A stretch of DNA of 64,000 bases from Eledone cirrhosa (GCA_964016885.1 OZ024741.1:125860001-125924000); one strand, 5' to 3'. Counted from the first letter of the stretch, positions 27,850 to 40,885 are shown. The notes: a model not told the origin generated them from the letters alone. Program-made: numbers and translations.

Positions 27850-28870
27850 GGCTCTTCAAATGTAATCAGCCATGCTGAATATTTCAATTGACCCAATTTC
27901 ACTCAGAAGCTATGGCATGAACTGGGCGCCGGAGTCTGTGGAGGTAGAGTCAAATATGGGTCCCTGGTCCCATAAGTACAGGTGTGAGGTCGGTAGTGAT
28001 TGTGATGAGACAGCAAGTATGGCAGTGGAGTCAGGAGCAGAAGGGGGAGATCCGATGGAGGAAGGAACTTTGGATACAGAGGTTCCTAAAATCGCAGGTG
28101 CATTCAAAATGTAAAAAAAAAAACAGGAGGCGGCATGAAAGATGATCGTTATGTGAAGAGGGGAGGATGGTAGTGCGATTGACTGCACGAATGCATGTAG
28201 GGGTATCTGTGGCTAGTGAAAAGCCTAACCATCGTTTCGGCTACAGAGGCTGCGGAGATGGAGAAATTAAGATATGGTGGGTTTGAAGAAAACAGGTGGA
28301 TGTCGTCAATGTAACGACTATATAGCTCGGGGGCGGAGGATTCACTGGCAAAACTTTCAACGTAGCCGAAGAGTGAGTCGGGAGTGTTTCAGTGGAGACC
28401 ACCAAGCTCCGAGGAGCAGAGACTGTAGTAGTAGAGGTAGAATAGGCGGAGAGGAGATAGCATTTTTATGGGCTGGAGAATGCCTGTGGTAAACAAAGAC
28501 TATTGTGGTAGACGCAGAATATGCAGAAGGAGACAGCATAACTGTAAACCAGAGCTTATCGACTGTCTATGAGTGATTTTAAACAGAATAAACGAGTGGC
28601 TTTTCTCCATATAGTGTCCAGAATAGTATCGTCCAAAATGTGAGAGAACTACTTACTCCATTATGGGCCTCAACTGAGCTTTGTTGACGGTCAGTAATTG
28701 TTGGGGTGTGAAGAGAAAGGCCAGTAAATATGATGTGGTCTTAACTATATTAAGAATATACATAAACATGTTTACGAAGAGCATCAAGCCGTAGACAACT
28801 GTATATAAAGGTGGAGAGAAATCTCAGTAGATGGAACTCGTGGTAGAGACAGGCACACTCATACAGTGTC
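27850..28870 (-). mobile_element. Degenerate Penelope-like RT fragment
   Basis: Minus strand gives PYLNFLHLRSLCS (cf. PYSQFLRLRRLCS) followed by MVRLFTSHRYP (cf. F..RGYP); shares sequence with 35000-35420. Confidence 0.6.
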
Positions 28871-28996
28871 ACCGCCCACCTATCCTTTCAATATACTCTA
28901 AATATATGAATGTATGTATGTATGTATATATGTATGTATGTATGTATGTATGCACGTATGTATGTATGAATGTATGTATGAATGTATGTATGTATG

Positions 28997-29715
28997 TTCT
29001 TCTGGTTATATAATTTCATAAATGTTTGCCAATAGAGAGAGAGTCGGTTTCTAACATAGACACAAGACTCTCTCATTGGAATTTACACAACATCAACTAG
29101 GTAGATATGTATGCATGTCTGCATGCATGCATGTGTAGATATGGATGTTATTGTATGTGTGGATGTGTATGTTTTGAGTTGTATGTGTGTATGTGTATAT
29201 GCTTTGCATCTGTACATGTGTATATGCAGTTATTAGATCCAAAGCTTTTGGAAAGTGTTTCATATTTTTACTGTTCCATTAATGGATTATACTTGTAATT
29301 TCCTAACTAGTTGTGTTCTTTCTGTTCCTGTGAAACCCAGCTTCTCAAGATTTGTATTGAGGCAGTTACTAATATATCCCAGTGCCCCAATAATCACAGG
29401 TATAAATCTGAAGGTGTAATCAGGGTGGAGTATCTACAGATTTCTCATCAGTTCTGCATAAATATACTCCTTTTCGCTAATCTTTGATATTATATTGGCA
29501 TCTGCTGGGCAGCTAACTTTCACTACTGTGCATGCCTTCTTTTCCCAGTCCCATATCATCATGTCTGGACCGTTATGCCTGGATTTTATTGTTTTTTTTT
29601 ACTGGAACATTCCACCAGTACTCTTTCATATTATGTATATGTATGTCTTCCACATTGCTGTAGCTTTTAATGTGCTTATTATCGGGGCTATCTTTTCTAC
29701 GGATTGCATCGTATA
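28997..29715 (-). mobile_element. Tx1/L1-like LINE 3' fragment inserted in (TATG)n
   Basis: Longer copy of 3372-3800 with degraded C-terminal W/C/H motifs; (TATG)n on both sides. Confidence 0.6.
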
Positions 29716-31687
29716 GTGTATGTATGTATGTATGTATGTATGTATGTATGTATGTATGTATGTATGTATGTATGTATGTATGTATGTATGTATGCATGTA
29801 TGTATGTATGCATGTATGCATGTAAACTTAGTGGGGTTGCCGGTTTAGTCGCCGACGACACGACTATGCCACAGGTTGTACTGGGTTACATGTTACCAGT
29901 AGCACTCAAGAGTGACCCGACAAGTTTACTTGGTGAGGAGGGTGATTTTGGCTGCCCTCTCGTTATCGAGTATGGCCATTGCACGATATACCATTATTAA
30001 TAATTATTAATTAATTCAATCGTGCACTGCCTGTGCGTGAAGATATTTTTTAAAGTGAGGAAAGACTGCACTGAGCCAATCCCACTCTCTGAGCGACAGT
30101 AGCTATAACCCGAAAAAAAGAAAAGATCAACATCATCGGTAACTACTGAGCCGCAAATTTTATGTCGTAGTTATCCCAGTTTCCTGAGTTACCTTCTCCT
30201 AGAAGAATGCCCTGACAAAGGCTAGGGGTCCTTCACCCCCAGTGGTTTAATCGCGTGGTACATGTGTATATACATATTTACACATTTTCGGATGGCCGTT
30301 GACTCTTCTGAGTTCTTCCGCCCTTTGTCGGGTTTTGTTTTTTGTCCTGCAGGGCATGTATGTATGTATAAGGGTTTAGATCGATATCCAATGACTTCGA
30401 TCTCGTTGTTTACAATTTGCTCAACAAATTCGTTTGGAATACATGTAGAAGATTTATTTGTAATACAACATTCCCAGCTAGAAGCTTAAGCTATGAAAAT
30501 TATGTCGTTATAGTATCGACAGATTAACATATGAAAACGTTAAAGTATACACTATTTCATCAACTGAAACAGCCCGTATCTTCTTAGTTTAGCACATAAA
30601 AATCCACCGGAGTACAAAAATCCACTTCTAAGCTGGTACAGTACTGTTTCAAATTCAGTGGAGAATCTGCTGGTCATCAATTAATAATAAATCCATAACT
30701 AGCACATTCCGGACAAGGGAATTATCATCGGCCAACAGTCCTGTGAGGGGTTTCCGAAAATCGACCTTACTGCTAAATTTTCAAGTCGGTGCCAGTATCC
30801 CACGTGTAGCATTAACAGTTAGACGGTCAGCAAATGACAGCAGCAGTGACAAACTAACTAGGATTTGTGGTAATCTTTATATATATAAAAGCGAGGATGT
30901 GTGTGTGTCTGTGTACAACTTTGCGTACTTAAGGCTTTTACAATTACCAACTGAATTTGACCAAATTTTCTGTGCACGTTGCACAGGTCGCTAAGATTTT
31001 CACATCACAAACATTTTTCAAATCGACCCACGTTGAACAATAAAAAATCGATATCAAAATTATCGGTAGAAAAATTGATGTAAGGGAGATAACAAAATTT
31101 ATTGACAATCCTTATAAAAAAGGGAGATAACCAACTTTTGAGAAATATAAACATCACATTTATTTGAAGATAAATCACTAATATTATCGTTTGTTTCTTG
31201 TTTATTCTTTATTGCACTTTGAAAGTTAAAAAAAACACTTGTTGTTTTAACTTGTTTCACTATATTAAGTGTTAATTTTCGCGTTAAGGGCCTAATCTCG
31301 CAGCAGTCTCGAATTGATGAGATTTTGATGATGGTTTGTTTACTTTTAGAACAATCGTTATGGGACTTTCCATTCAAACCATTGGCACCTACAACTTTTA
31401 CATTTTTTAAACTTTTATAAGCTATGTTGATACAAAAAAAAATTTGTTGCACTTTCAAAGTTAACTGTAACGCTTCAATTCATACATTTTGACTTTACAA
31501 CTTTTCACCAAATATGCCCCATAAAAGAAAGTATGCACATATTGGCTATCGGTCGAAGAAAACAATGCGTGTAAATGACGCTCCGCCGATAACTGAAAAT
31601 AGACAATCACTAATTGCGGTGAGTACAGTTGTTGCAACATCTTTGTCCGCCGCTGATCGCCGGTTAGTGCGGCGAACCAATAATACT

Positions 31688-33748
31688 TGTAGCAAGAGTT
31701 GCCTCCCTTGTTGTGACACTCACATCACTAATAGATTAACGCTCTCTAGACAGGAAGTAGCTGGAGTTACTTCCCGTTGGGGTGGCAGAACCCTTTTTGT
31801 CACTTCCGTCTTGAGACCCTATAAAAGGGATACTCAGAGCGATCTCTCTCTCATTTGCCTTTCGGCTCCTGGCCTTCTAACCTGCCTGGCCCTTCGGCCA
31901 GGCGCGTTCGTCTGGCAACCCTAACATGGCCTCTTGCGAGCTAACTTCAAAACGGTAACAAATAACTTTACTTCATTCTTTCATCTACTACTCATTGACG
32001 TGTCAACTATACTGTTCTACATAACTGCAACTTGTTAATTAAACGTTATATACACAACCTAGTGTCTTGTTATATTCATACAATCCAGTATTTTGTTATA
32101 AGTGCTGACCCCGAATAGAAAAGAAAAAAATAGCAGAATCTGGTGTTGTGTGAGTATGGAAAAAAGAAAATTAATTAGCAGTATCCCATTTTCGCAGGAA
32201 TGTGTCGACCAACATTTCGAATACGCAGCAAACTTTATTAACAAACTAGGAAAAGTTCGCAGACACAGAAACGAACACACGCACATGTGAAATTCTCGTT
32301 CAGACAGACTCTTTTTCAACATGAACATTTGTTTTTGCTGAATCTCAACTATTGCTTATTCTTTCCACCAAGTTTTTTTTTTTCATCGTTCACAAAAAAA
32401 TTGAACTCAAATATTTGTTATAATAAGTGAAGCCTTTCTTTCTTTTTCATCATATTGTCACGTTTACACACACACATTTTTCAAAATGGCTGCCAACGAC
32501 CTGTTGCACTATCATTTTCGCGCCATTTTCTCGCGCAATAGAAATTTTTTTTTTTCAACTTAACCTTGTTTCGGCACGTGTAGGCAGCACACATCTCGAC
32601 TCACTGAGATACCACACGCCATGAATAATTTTTCTCGCCAAGGATTCTCCAGCCTTAAGCTCTATTCTATTTGCCGGTTTAAAAATTTACCACGTAAATT
32701 TGCCGTTGAAAACTGCGCATTTATTCAGAATGCTTATTTCTTTGGTCGCTGGCCTCTTGACCCTTCCAGGTCAACGCATTCTCAACATCGACCATCAACT
32801 GTGGCTGTTATTTCTAGCACTTTGCGCAACTCATTTTTTCTTGGAAAATTTTTACTGTGAATTTAAACATCGAATACGCTCACTCCGCGAGACAACAACA
32901 ATACAGCCTAATCAACAACCAAAACCAGCAGAACAATCCAGAGAATTTATTTTTGCAGCACTCTTCCTGTGAGAAAATCCCTTTGGAGGTTGGAAATAAT
33001 TTCACGTTATACCACAGACCAGAAACCACCTGCATTCATTCTCTGGAACACACTTTATTTCCTGCTGTCATGTGATTGCACACATGTGAACTGTATTTTG
33101 AACATTTGAACTTTGACCTCTTCTTTTACTTTGATTACATTGTATCTTTGAGTGATGGATAGATAGTTCTCTGGCCAAGAGCAGTTGGCTACCTTGATAT
33201 CTATCATTGATTTTTGCATGCATATATTTTTCTGCTTTCCTTTTATTGCAAACATTATTTTTTTCGTAATTTTCATGCCTGTATATGCTCGCCATCTTAC
33301 TCCATACATGTTTCATTCGATTTTTATATTTTAAAAATCTGGCGGGAGATAATGTAGCAAGAGTTGCCTCCCTTGTTGTGACACTCACATCACCAATAGA
33401 TTAACGCTCTCTAGACAGGAAGTAGCTGGAGTTACTTTCCGTTGGGGTGGTAGAACCCCTGAGACCCTATAAAAGGGATACTCAGAGCGATCTCTCTCTC
33501 ATTTGCCTTTCGGCTCCTGGCCTTATAACCTGCCTGGCCCTTCGGCCAGACGCGTTCGTCTGGCAACCCTAACATGGCCTCTTGCGAGCTAACTTCAAAA
33601 CGGTAACAAATAACTTTACTTCATTCTTTCATCTACTACTCATTGACATGTCAACTATACTGGTCTACATAACTGCAACTTGTTAATTAAACGTTATATA
33701 CACAACCTAGTGTCTTGTTATATTCATACAATCCAGTATTTTGTTATA
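31688..33748 (+). mobile_element. Non-autonomous LTR retrotransposon (Gypsy-like, TRIM/LARD type) nested in the Helitron
   Basis: Near-identical LTRs at 31688-32100 and 33353-33748 (TGTAGC...TGTTATA). 4-bp TSD TACT. PBS-like TGCTGACCCCGA after LTR1; purine-rich GGCGGGAGATAA before LTR2. TATAAAA inside the LTR. Confidence 0.9.
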
Positions 33749-34049
33749 TACTAAAGCAACTGCTGCAGCACGAGTTGCAGAGAGTAACGTGAAACACGCC
33801 TTGCTATGGATGCTACAGATACTGCTGCAGAGACAGTACAAAAATATGAAAGACGCCATGCGCGTAATGCTTCAGCTAATGTTGCAGCAAGAGCAATTGA
33901 GACTGAGCAAGAACGTCAAAGTCGGCATTTGAGAAATGCTTCAGCTACTGCTACGGCACGAGCTGTAGGGACTGTAACAAGTCGAGCTATTCGGCTGGAG
34001 GGTAACGCTCAACGTAGAGCTTTATCGCGGGGTATTTCAAAGGCATCAC

Positions 34050-34420
34050 GTGAGAAATATCACTTCTCCAAAACTATGCAATGGTACACGCCTTGTGGTT
34101 AAAAAACTGTCTCCATTTAGTATTGACGCTACCATTCTATCCGGATGTGGAAAAGGCGAGGATGTGATAATAACAAAAATTAGCCTGATTACATCAGGCG
34201 TGGATATTCCCTTCTCCTTTCGCCGAACCCAATTTCCCCTTCGTGTTGCCTTTGCGATGATTATAAACAAGTCGCAAGGTCAAATTCTGTCCGTCGCTGG
34301 AATTCACTTGGATGAACCTTGCTTTTCGCACGGACAATTCTACGTTGCCTGCTCACGAGTTGGCAGTCGAGATAACCTCTTTGCGTTTGTTCCGAAAAGA
34401 ATATCGTCTATCCTGAAGTG
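34050..34420 (+). pseudogene. Helitron PIF1-family helicase C-terminal fragment
   Basis: LCNGTRLVV, RRTQFPLRVAFAMIINKSQGQ, FSHGQFYVACSRV. Confidence 0.9.
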
Positions 34421-34999
34421 CTTTAGTGTTAACAAAAAAACTTATTACAGCTCTGCCTTGACTTTTCCTTACTCATTACAAAACATACCAATGAATATGT
34501 CATGCAGGATATTTTGGATTATAAGATCAAAATTTAACCATACACAGCAAAGGATGCTCTCAAAGAATACATTTTCTCTTATTCTACTCTCATTGTTTTT
34601 TTGTTTGTATACAACTCTGCTTTCATTACAACTTTTTGTACTTTAGCAAAACAACCTATTTATTTTTACAGATTTGCAACGTGTATTGTCTTTAATCATT
34701 TGTATAACTACATCCTGTTCAGTGTTTTCCTTCATTATCAGCATAGTTTTATGTGTACAAAGATTGCACTAAATATTAGTTTGCATTAATTATTGAACAC
34801 TTCTGCTTATTTTGACAGGTTGGGGACAAATAATGTTCTTCTTTTACTTCCTAGATGTATATTCTTAGCATAATTTCAAACCCCGAGCAACGCCGGGTAA
34901 ATCAGCTAGTGCTTAATATAGAAGCATGGCTTCACCAATATGGAGCACTCGACCATAATTATAGAAAAAATTGGGGAGTTAATTATAATTATATATATA

Positions 35000-35425
35000 T
35001 TCAAATATAACACTTATTTTATCGATCACTATTTTGAACCACTAAGTTACAGTAAATGTAAACACAGGCATTCTCACGGGACAGTGGGGGAGATTGACTC
35101 CACGGTAAGGGTTGCACGGGCCAGAGTAGCAGGGTACCTGCGCCGAGTGAAAAGCCTAACCATGTATTGAACCTGACTTTCGAAATCATAGTTTCGGTTT
35201 CGAGGGCGAAGAAATTAGAAGTTGGGATGGGGTGTTTAGTGTGGGAGTTGGTGGGCTTGAAGAAGACTGGGGTGTAGAGATAGAAAATGTGGGTTAGATG
35301 GCAGAGAGAAGCCGTCGAAATAACAACCATAAAGCTCGAGGGTGGGACCGGTAAACTGAACAAAAATTTGGCCCTCAACGTAGCCGGTGAGGGAAACATG
35401 CTAGGAAATACGAATTTCACTGTAA
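35000..35425 (-). mobile_element. Degenerate Penelope-like RT fragment
   Basis: YTPVFFKPTNSH (cf. TSVYRKPTDSH) and VRLFTRRRYPATLARA. Confidence 0.6.
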
Positions 35426-35444
35426 ATTGAAAAAAATGATAAAC

Positions 35445-35490
35445 AACTTTAATCGATTTTTGGACCTATTTAGGTCCTCATTAGAAATCT
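35445..35490 (-). ncRNA. Degenerate hammerhead
   Basis: Minus: CUAAUGA-GGACCU(AAAU)AGGUCC-AAAA-AUCGAU-UA; two core G->A changes; partial inverted copy near 35560-35615. Confidence 0.55.
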
Positions 35491-36142
35491 AAACAACCAC
35501 AAACAAACGCGTATCTGATGCTGTGCCCTACCATCCCATTCGCACTTAATAGTATTCTGAAATGTTTAGATAATATACACGCCTTCTAATGAGTAATAAC
35601 TTGGTCAGAAAATAGGACTCCTCAGGATGTACTTAAATTTGTTCAGCAAGCGCTTTGCCCAGATCACACGGTTCTTATGGGTCTTATCGGATTTGTACTT
35701 TATATTTTCGTGCCCCACACATCTAATGCTTGACTCCAAAACATTGAGCTGATTAGCAATGACCCTCATTGATTTGCTGGGATTCTCTTTGATGATTCCC
35801 TAGACTCGCTGAACATTTATCTGTCGAGAATCTTAAACACAAAGGATCTGCAGCTTAAATGACGAGGAAGGAATGCATTTTCATCGTCTGTGTTAGATTC
35901 GAAGTTTCCATGTTGGGGATGAAAAAAGAGGATATTTAGTTAACACATATCTTCTTCTTCTTCTTCTTCTTCTTCTTCTTCTTCTTCTTCTTCTTCTTCT
36001 TCTTCTTCTTCTTCTTCTTCTTCTTCTTCTTCTTGCGGGGAGGATTGCGGGAGAAGGTTCCCCAAACACGCCCTTCAACGTTTTGCCAGTAAAATCTGTC
36101 TAGCGAGTCTCTCTTTAGACATTCTAACCATATGCTCGTAAT

Positions 36143-36359
36143 AAATTTGAAATTTGATTGTCCCACCGAAAATTGCCATAATAGTAATAGTCGATCATTA
36201 TAAATAATTGTTGAGAAAATAGGGTAAAGTACACCTGGAGGGGGAAAATAAAACAGAGGTGCAACAGAAGTATTTTACCGGATTTTCTCAATTATTATTT
36301 ATAGTGATCGACTACTATTATTATGATCATTTGCGTTGGGACGATTAGAATTCAAATTT
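36143..36359. mobile_element. AT-rich fold-back / MITE-like element
   Basis: Imperfect ~85-bp inverted arms (AAATTTGAA..TCCCA..GTCGATCA..TTGAGAAAAT); no hammerhead core. Confidence 0.65.
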
Positions 36360-36479
36360 CACATTTTCCCAATATTTAACTCCACAGTTGAACTTCATAA
36401 AGTGTGTTTGAGAGTGTGTCCACAAGGACAAAAAAAGAATGGTGCTTCTGGACTGTATAGAAACAATCCTCCTGTACAA

Positions 36480-36870
36480 TTCAGAGTCGTGGGTAAGAGA
36501 CTCGATGGTACCTACACTAGAATGCTACACTCGGCATACAACATCTCCTGGAGATGTCAACCAACAAACAAGTTTATGTATGGCTCCCTGCCTAACATCC
36601 CTGATATTGTGAAGCGCCGTCGTCTGGTCCTTGCCGTCCATGTCAATCGCCATGATGAACCCGCTGGAAGATTGCTTCTCTGGACTCCGGATGAAAAGAG
36701 ACGAGTTTAATGGTCGTATATCACATTCAAATCAATCACCGAGATGGGTACAAGCCTCACAGGAAGGGATCTGCATGCTGCAATGGTCGGCCGAGGATTC
36801 TGGAGCTCGACTTTTGTCAACGTTTGACCATCGTCTCAAGACATCGAATTATTCAAGGAAGAGAGGAAGA
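36480..36870 (+). mobile_element. RTE-like LINE 3' fragment
   Basis: LDGTYTRMLHSAYNISW..LPNIPDIVKRRRLVLAVH..LLLWTP. Confidence 0.7.
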
Positions 36871-37190
36871 AAAAGTCCGCCGTTGAATAAGTAAATTAAT
36901 AAAAACTTCATTATAACACTTACTCACGTTTTTAAAAATACTATTACACTCTTTCACTGGTTTCATCACTAGACAGTGACCATGCTGGAGCACTGCCGTC
37001 ATTTAGTCCATCAGTCCATCATATCGATACCAGTATATGTGTCTAGAATTCTGGCACTTATTTTATCGATTTTGTCGAAGTTACGCTACATAAACACAGA
37101 CAAATGTAAATAACTAACATGGACACACATATGCATTAGAATATAAATTCAAAATAAGACAAATGCATATATATGTGTGTGTGTGAGTGA

Positions 37191-37235
<45 letters not shown>

Positions 37236-37639
37236 CGTGTGCGTGCGTGCACGTCCGTACATAAATATGATAAATATATATGTATATACATATGTATATA
37301 TTTGAGTGTGTATATTTGAGTGTGTATATGTATGTATCTATTTATGTATACATAAATATAATAAATATATATGTATATACATATATATGTGAGTGTGTAT
37401 ATAAATATATGTATGTGTGTGTGTGTGTGTGTACTGTTTGGCTGTAGTCCAACTATACATCTGACCCGATAGTATATATTTCACTGTAAATTGTAGGTTC
37501 ATGATAATATAGCGTTAAATTAAGAAATGTGCATTGCGAAATTTTTTCTGTCTTACACTCGACTATTGAGCAATTTCACGGAGTTTGTATACTATTTTAC
37601 GATAGAAATAATTAATCTACATATATGTCTGCCATTTAA

Positions 37640-38330
37640 CCAGGGTCGACGTTTGGGTATTTAGCAGCCTAGACTGACGCTACAATGTTGTGCCAAGGTA
37701 TTTAGAGCCCTAGGCTAGCCCTACAATGGGTGCTGGAGTATTTAGTGTCCTACGCAATCTCTATAAATGTGCATGTGTATTTAGCTCCCTGGGCTAGCTC
37801 TACAATATGTGCCTGTGTATTTAGCGTCGTTGGCAAGCCCTACAATGTGAGTCTTGGTATTTAGTGCTATAGGCTAGTTCTACAATGTTTACTTTAGTAT
37901 TCAGCGCCCTTGGCTAGCCCTACAATGGATACCGGGATATTTAGTACCGAAGACCGCCTATTAGATGTTATTTGTGTATTTAGTATACTTGGCTAGCTCT
38001 ACACATTTGCCTGGGTGTTTAGCGCTTCAGGTTATCTCTACATTATATACCTAATTATTTAACATCCTTGGTTAGCCCTACAATGTTTAACTAGGTATTT
38101 AATGCCTTAGTCTAGCTCTAAAATGTGTACCGGGTATATAGTACCCTACGCAACCTGAAAAATGTATGCCTGGGTATATAGCGCCATAGGCAAGCCATGA
38201 TGTGTACGCCTAGGGGCATTTAGCGCACAAGACCAACGCTACAACGTATGCTAGGAGATAGAACGCCTTAGCTAGCTCTACAATGAGTGTCTTGGTATTT
38301 AACACCTTGACTAGCTCTACACTGTGCACG
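37640..38330. repeat. Diverged 40-bp minisatellite, ~17 copies
   Basis: Consensus GTATTTAGCGCCCTAGGCTAGCCCTACAATGTGTGCCTGG; GTATTTAG recurs every 39-41 nt. Confidence 0.9.
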
Positions 38331-38470
38331 AATAGTATATGTTTATATATGTCTTCATATACAAATAAGCATATCCATGCTCTATGCAAATAGGTATCTC
38401 CAGATAATGTTCATCAAGAGAAAGTCATTATAGACTCTAGTCTATTTCATGTCAGCACCGGTTAGGTGAT

Positions 38471-38517
38471 GATCACTGACGAAAGATTAACAAATCTTGT
38501 AACAGCGTTGTCTGACA
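38471..38517 (+). ncRNA. Type I hammerhead with one core mutation
   Basis: UCA-CUGACGA-AAGAUU(AACA)AAUCUU-GUAA-CAGCGUUG-UC-UGA. Paralog at 47950-47998 (-) has GAAA. Confidence 0.7.
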
Positions 38518-38691
38518 TTCTCAGCCGTGCTGAGTGAGATTCTGTGCGTGTTCATACAGGAAAATAGAGAAAAATAATTTTTTTGTTTAAAAAAACAAAC
38601 ATTCAAATGTTTTTCTTTGATAACGAAACTATTGTATATAAACGTATAATTTATGTTTATAAATGTTTATCTATGTATCCTTATTATGCTA

Positions 38692-38744
<53 letters not shown>

Positions 38745-38761
38745 AGTATATATATATGTAC

Positions 38762-38821
<60 letters not shown>

Positions 38822-38826
<5 letters not shown>

Positions 38827-38936
38827 AAAATGTATGACCCCGACGGCAGAGCTCAAGCCGTTTCGACGGCTATTTCTGGAAGAAATAGCCATCGAAACGG
38901 CTTGAGCTCTGCCGTCGGGGTCATACATTTTCCTAT
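38822..38936. repeat. 55-bp-arm palindrome, one mismatch, 5-nt loop
   Basis: ATAGGAAAATGTATGACCCC...GGGGTCATACATTTTCCTAT. Confidence 0.95.
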
Positions 38937-39012
38937 TACCCACTCTACTACCCTAAGTATTGAGTACTCTGGTGCGTTATGGTCCATCTGGTCCCTTACC
39001 ACAACTCCTTCG

Positions 39013-39054
<42 letters not shown>

Positions 39055-39164
39055 GTACATATATATACTTATACATACACACACATTTATATATACATAT
39101 ATATATATATATAAACAGAAAATGTAAGTCAACAGGTTAAAATTAACTTCGTTTATTCATATTC

Positions 39165-39223
39165 GCTGTTATATATATTTCGGTGATAACCATTATTCAA
39201 CAGTTATGACCTCATCAGACAAC
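39165..39223 (-). ncRNA. Type I hammerhead ribozyme, intact core
   Basis: Minus: GUUGU-CUGAUGA-GGUCAUAACUGUU(GAAU)AAUGGUUAUCACC-GAAA-UAUAUA-UA-ACAGC. Confidence 0.85.
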
Positions 39224-39414
39224 TAGAACTTGAACAGAAAAAACAGAAAAACATAATGATGGAACAAAGTTCACCTTCGTTATTTCGGTCCTTTGCTATG
39301 CTCTGTCTCGAAGTATAGTGTTGTTTTCTCAAAGAACTGGTGGCATATAACCGAAATAAAGGAGGTAAACTTTGTTCCACATTATGTTTTTCTGTTGTTT
39401 CTGTTCAAGTTCTA

Positions 39415-39473
39415 GCTGTTTGATGAGGTTATAGCTGTTGGAAAATAGTTATCACCGAAATATATATAACAGC
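39415..39473 (+). ncRNA. Type I hammerhead (C3U variant), inverted partner of 39165-39223
   Basis: GCUGU-UUGAUGA-stem II-GAAA-UAUAUA-UA-ACAGC. Confidence 0.75.
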
Positions 39474-39584
39474 GAATATGGGTAAACGAAGTTAATTTTA
39501 ACCTGTTGACTTACACTTCTTGTTTATAAATTACCCCGGAGTAAACGGACTCACCTGCGCACTTCGTTGAGTGCTCTACCCTGC

Positions 39585-39663
<79 letters not shown>

Positions 39664-39709
39664 GAAGTGCTGTTGGCTTTTCGCTGCTGCAGTGTTTTCT
39701 ATACCTTTC

Positions 39710-39745
<36 letters not shown>

Positions 39746-39756
39746 TACTAGGATCG

Positions 39757-39857
<101 letters not shown>

Positions 39858-39929
39858 TTGTGTGTGGAGTTTTTCTTGTCCCAACTTGTGCTCATATCAG
39901 CAAGATGTCATAAAATCATTTTGAACCTA

Positions 39930-40723
<794 letters not shown>

Positions 40724-40839
40724 AAGAGAGACAGATACTACGGATTTCTCAGGAATAGAGCTGTTTATAGAAGCCGGCAGTGTCAGTTCATAAGACATCA
40801 TCTTGTCGGATATATACAAAAGAGAGACAGAGAGGGGGA

Positions 40840-40885
<46 letters not shown>

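Larger units (their letters stand above)
30874..34909 (+). mobile_element. Internally deleted Helitron
   Basis: Starts A|TCTTTATATATATAAAA. Ends with GC hairpin CCCGAGCAACGCCGGG then CTAG|T. Contains a Helitron-like N-terminus (MPHKRK..IGYRS) and a PIF1 helicase C-terminus. Confidence 0.9.
39111..39527. repeat. Inverted repeat, ~178-bp arms, ~60-bp spacer
   Basis: 39111-39288 versus 39350-39527; each arm carries a hammerhead. Confidence 0.92.

Noticed and set aside
37640-38330. 40-bp periodic array as a CRISPR array
   Set aside because: Whole units are homologous and degenerate, with no invariant repeat plus unique spacers; no cas genes; eukaryotic context.
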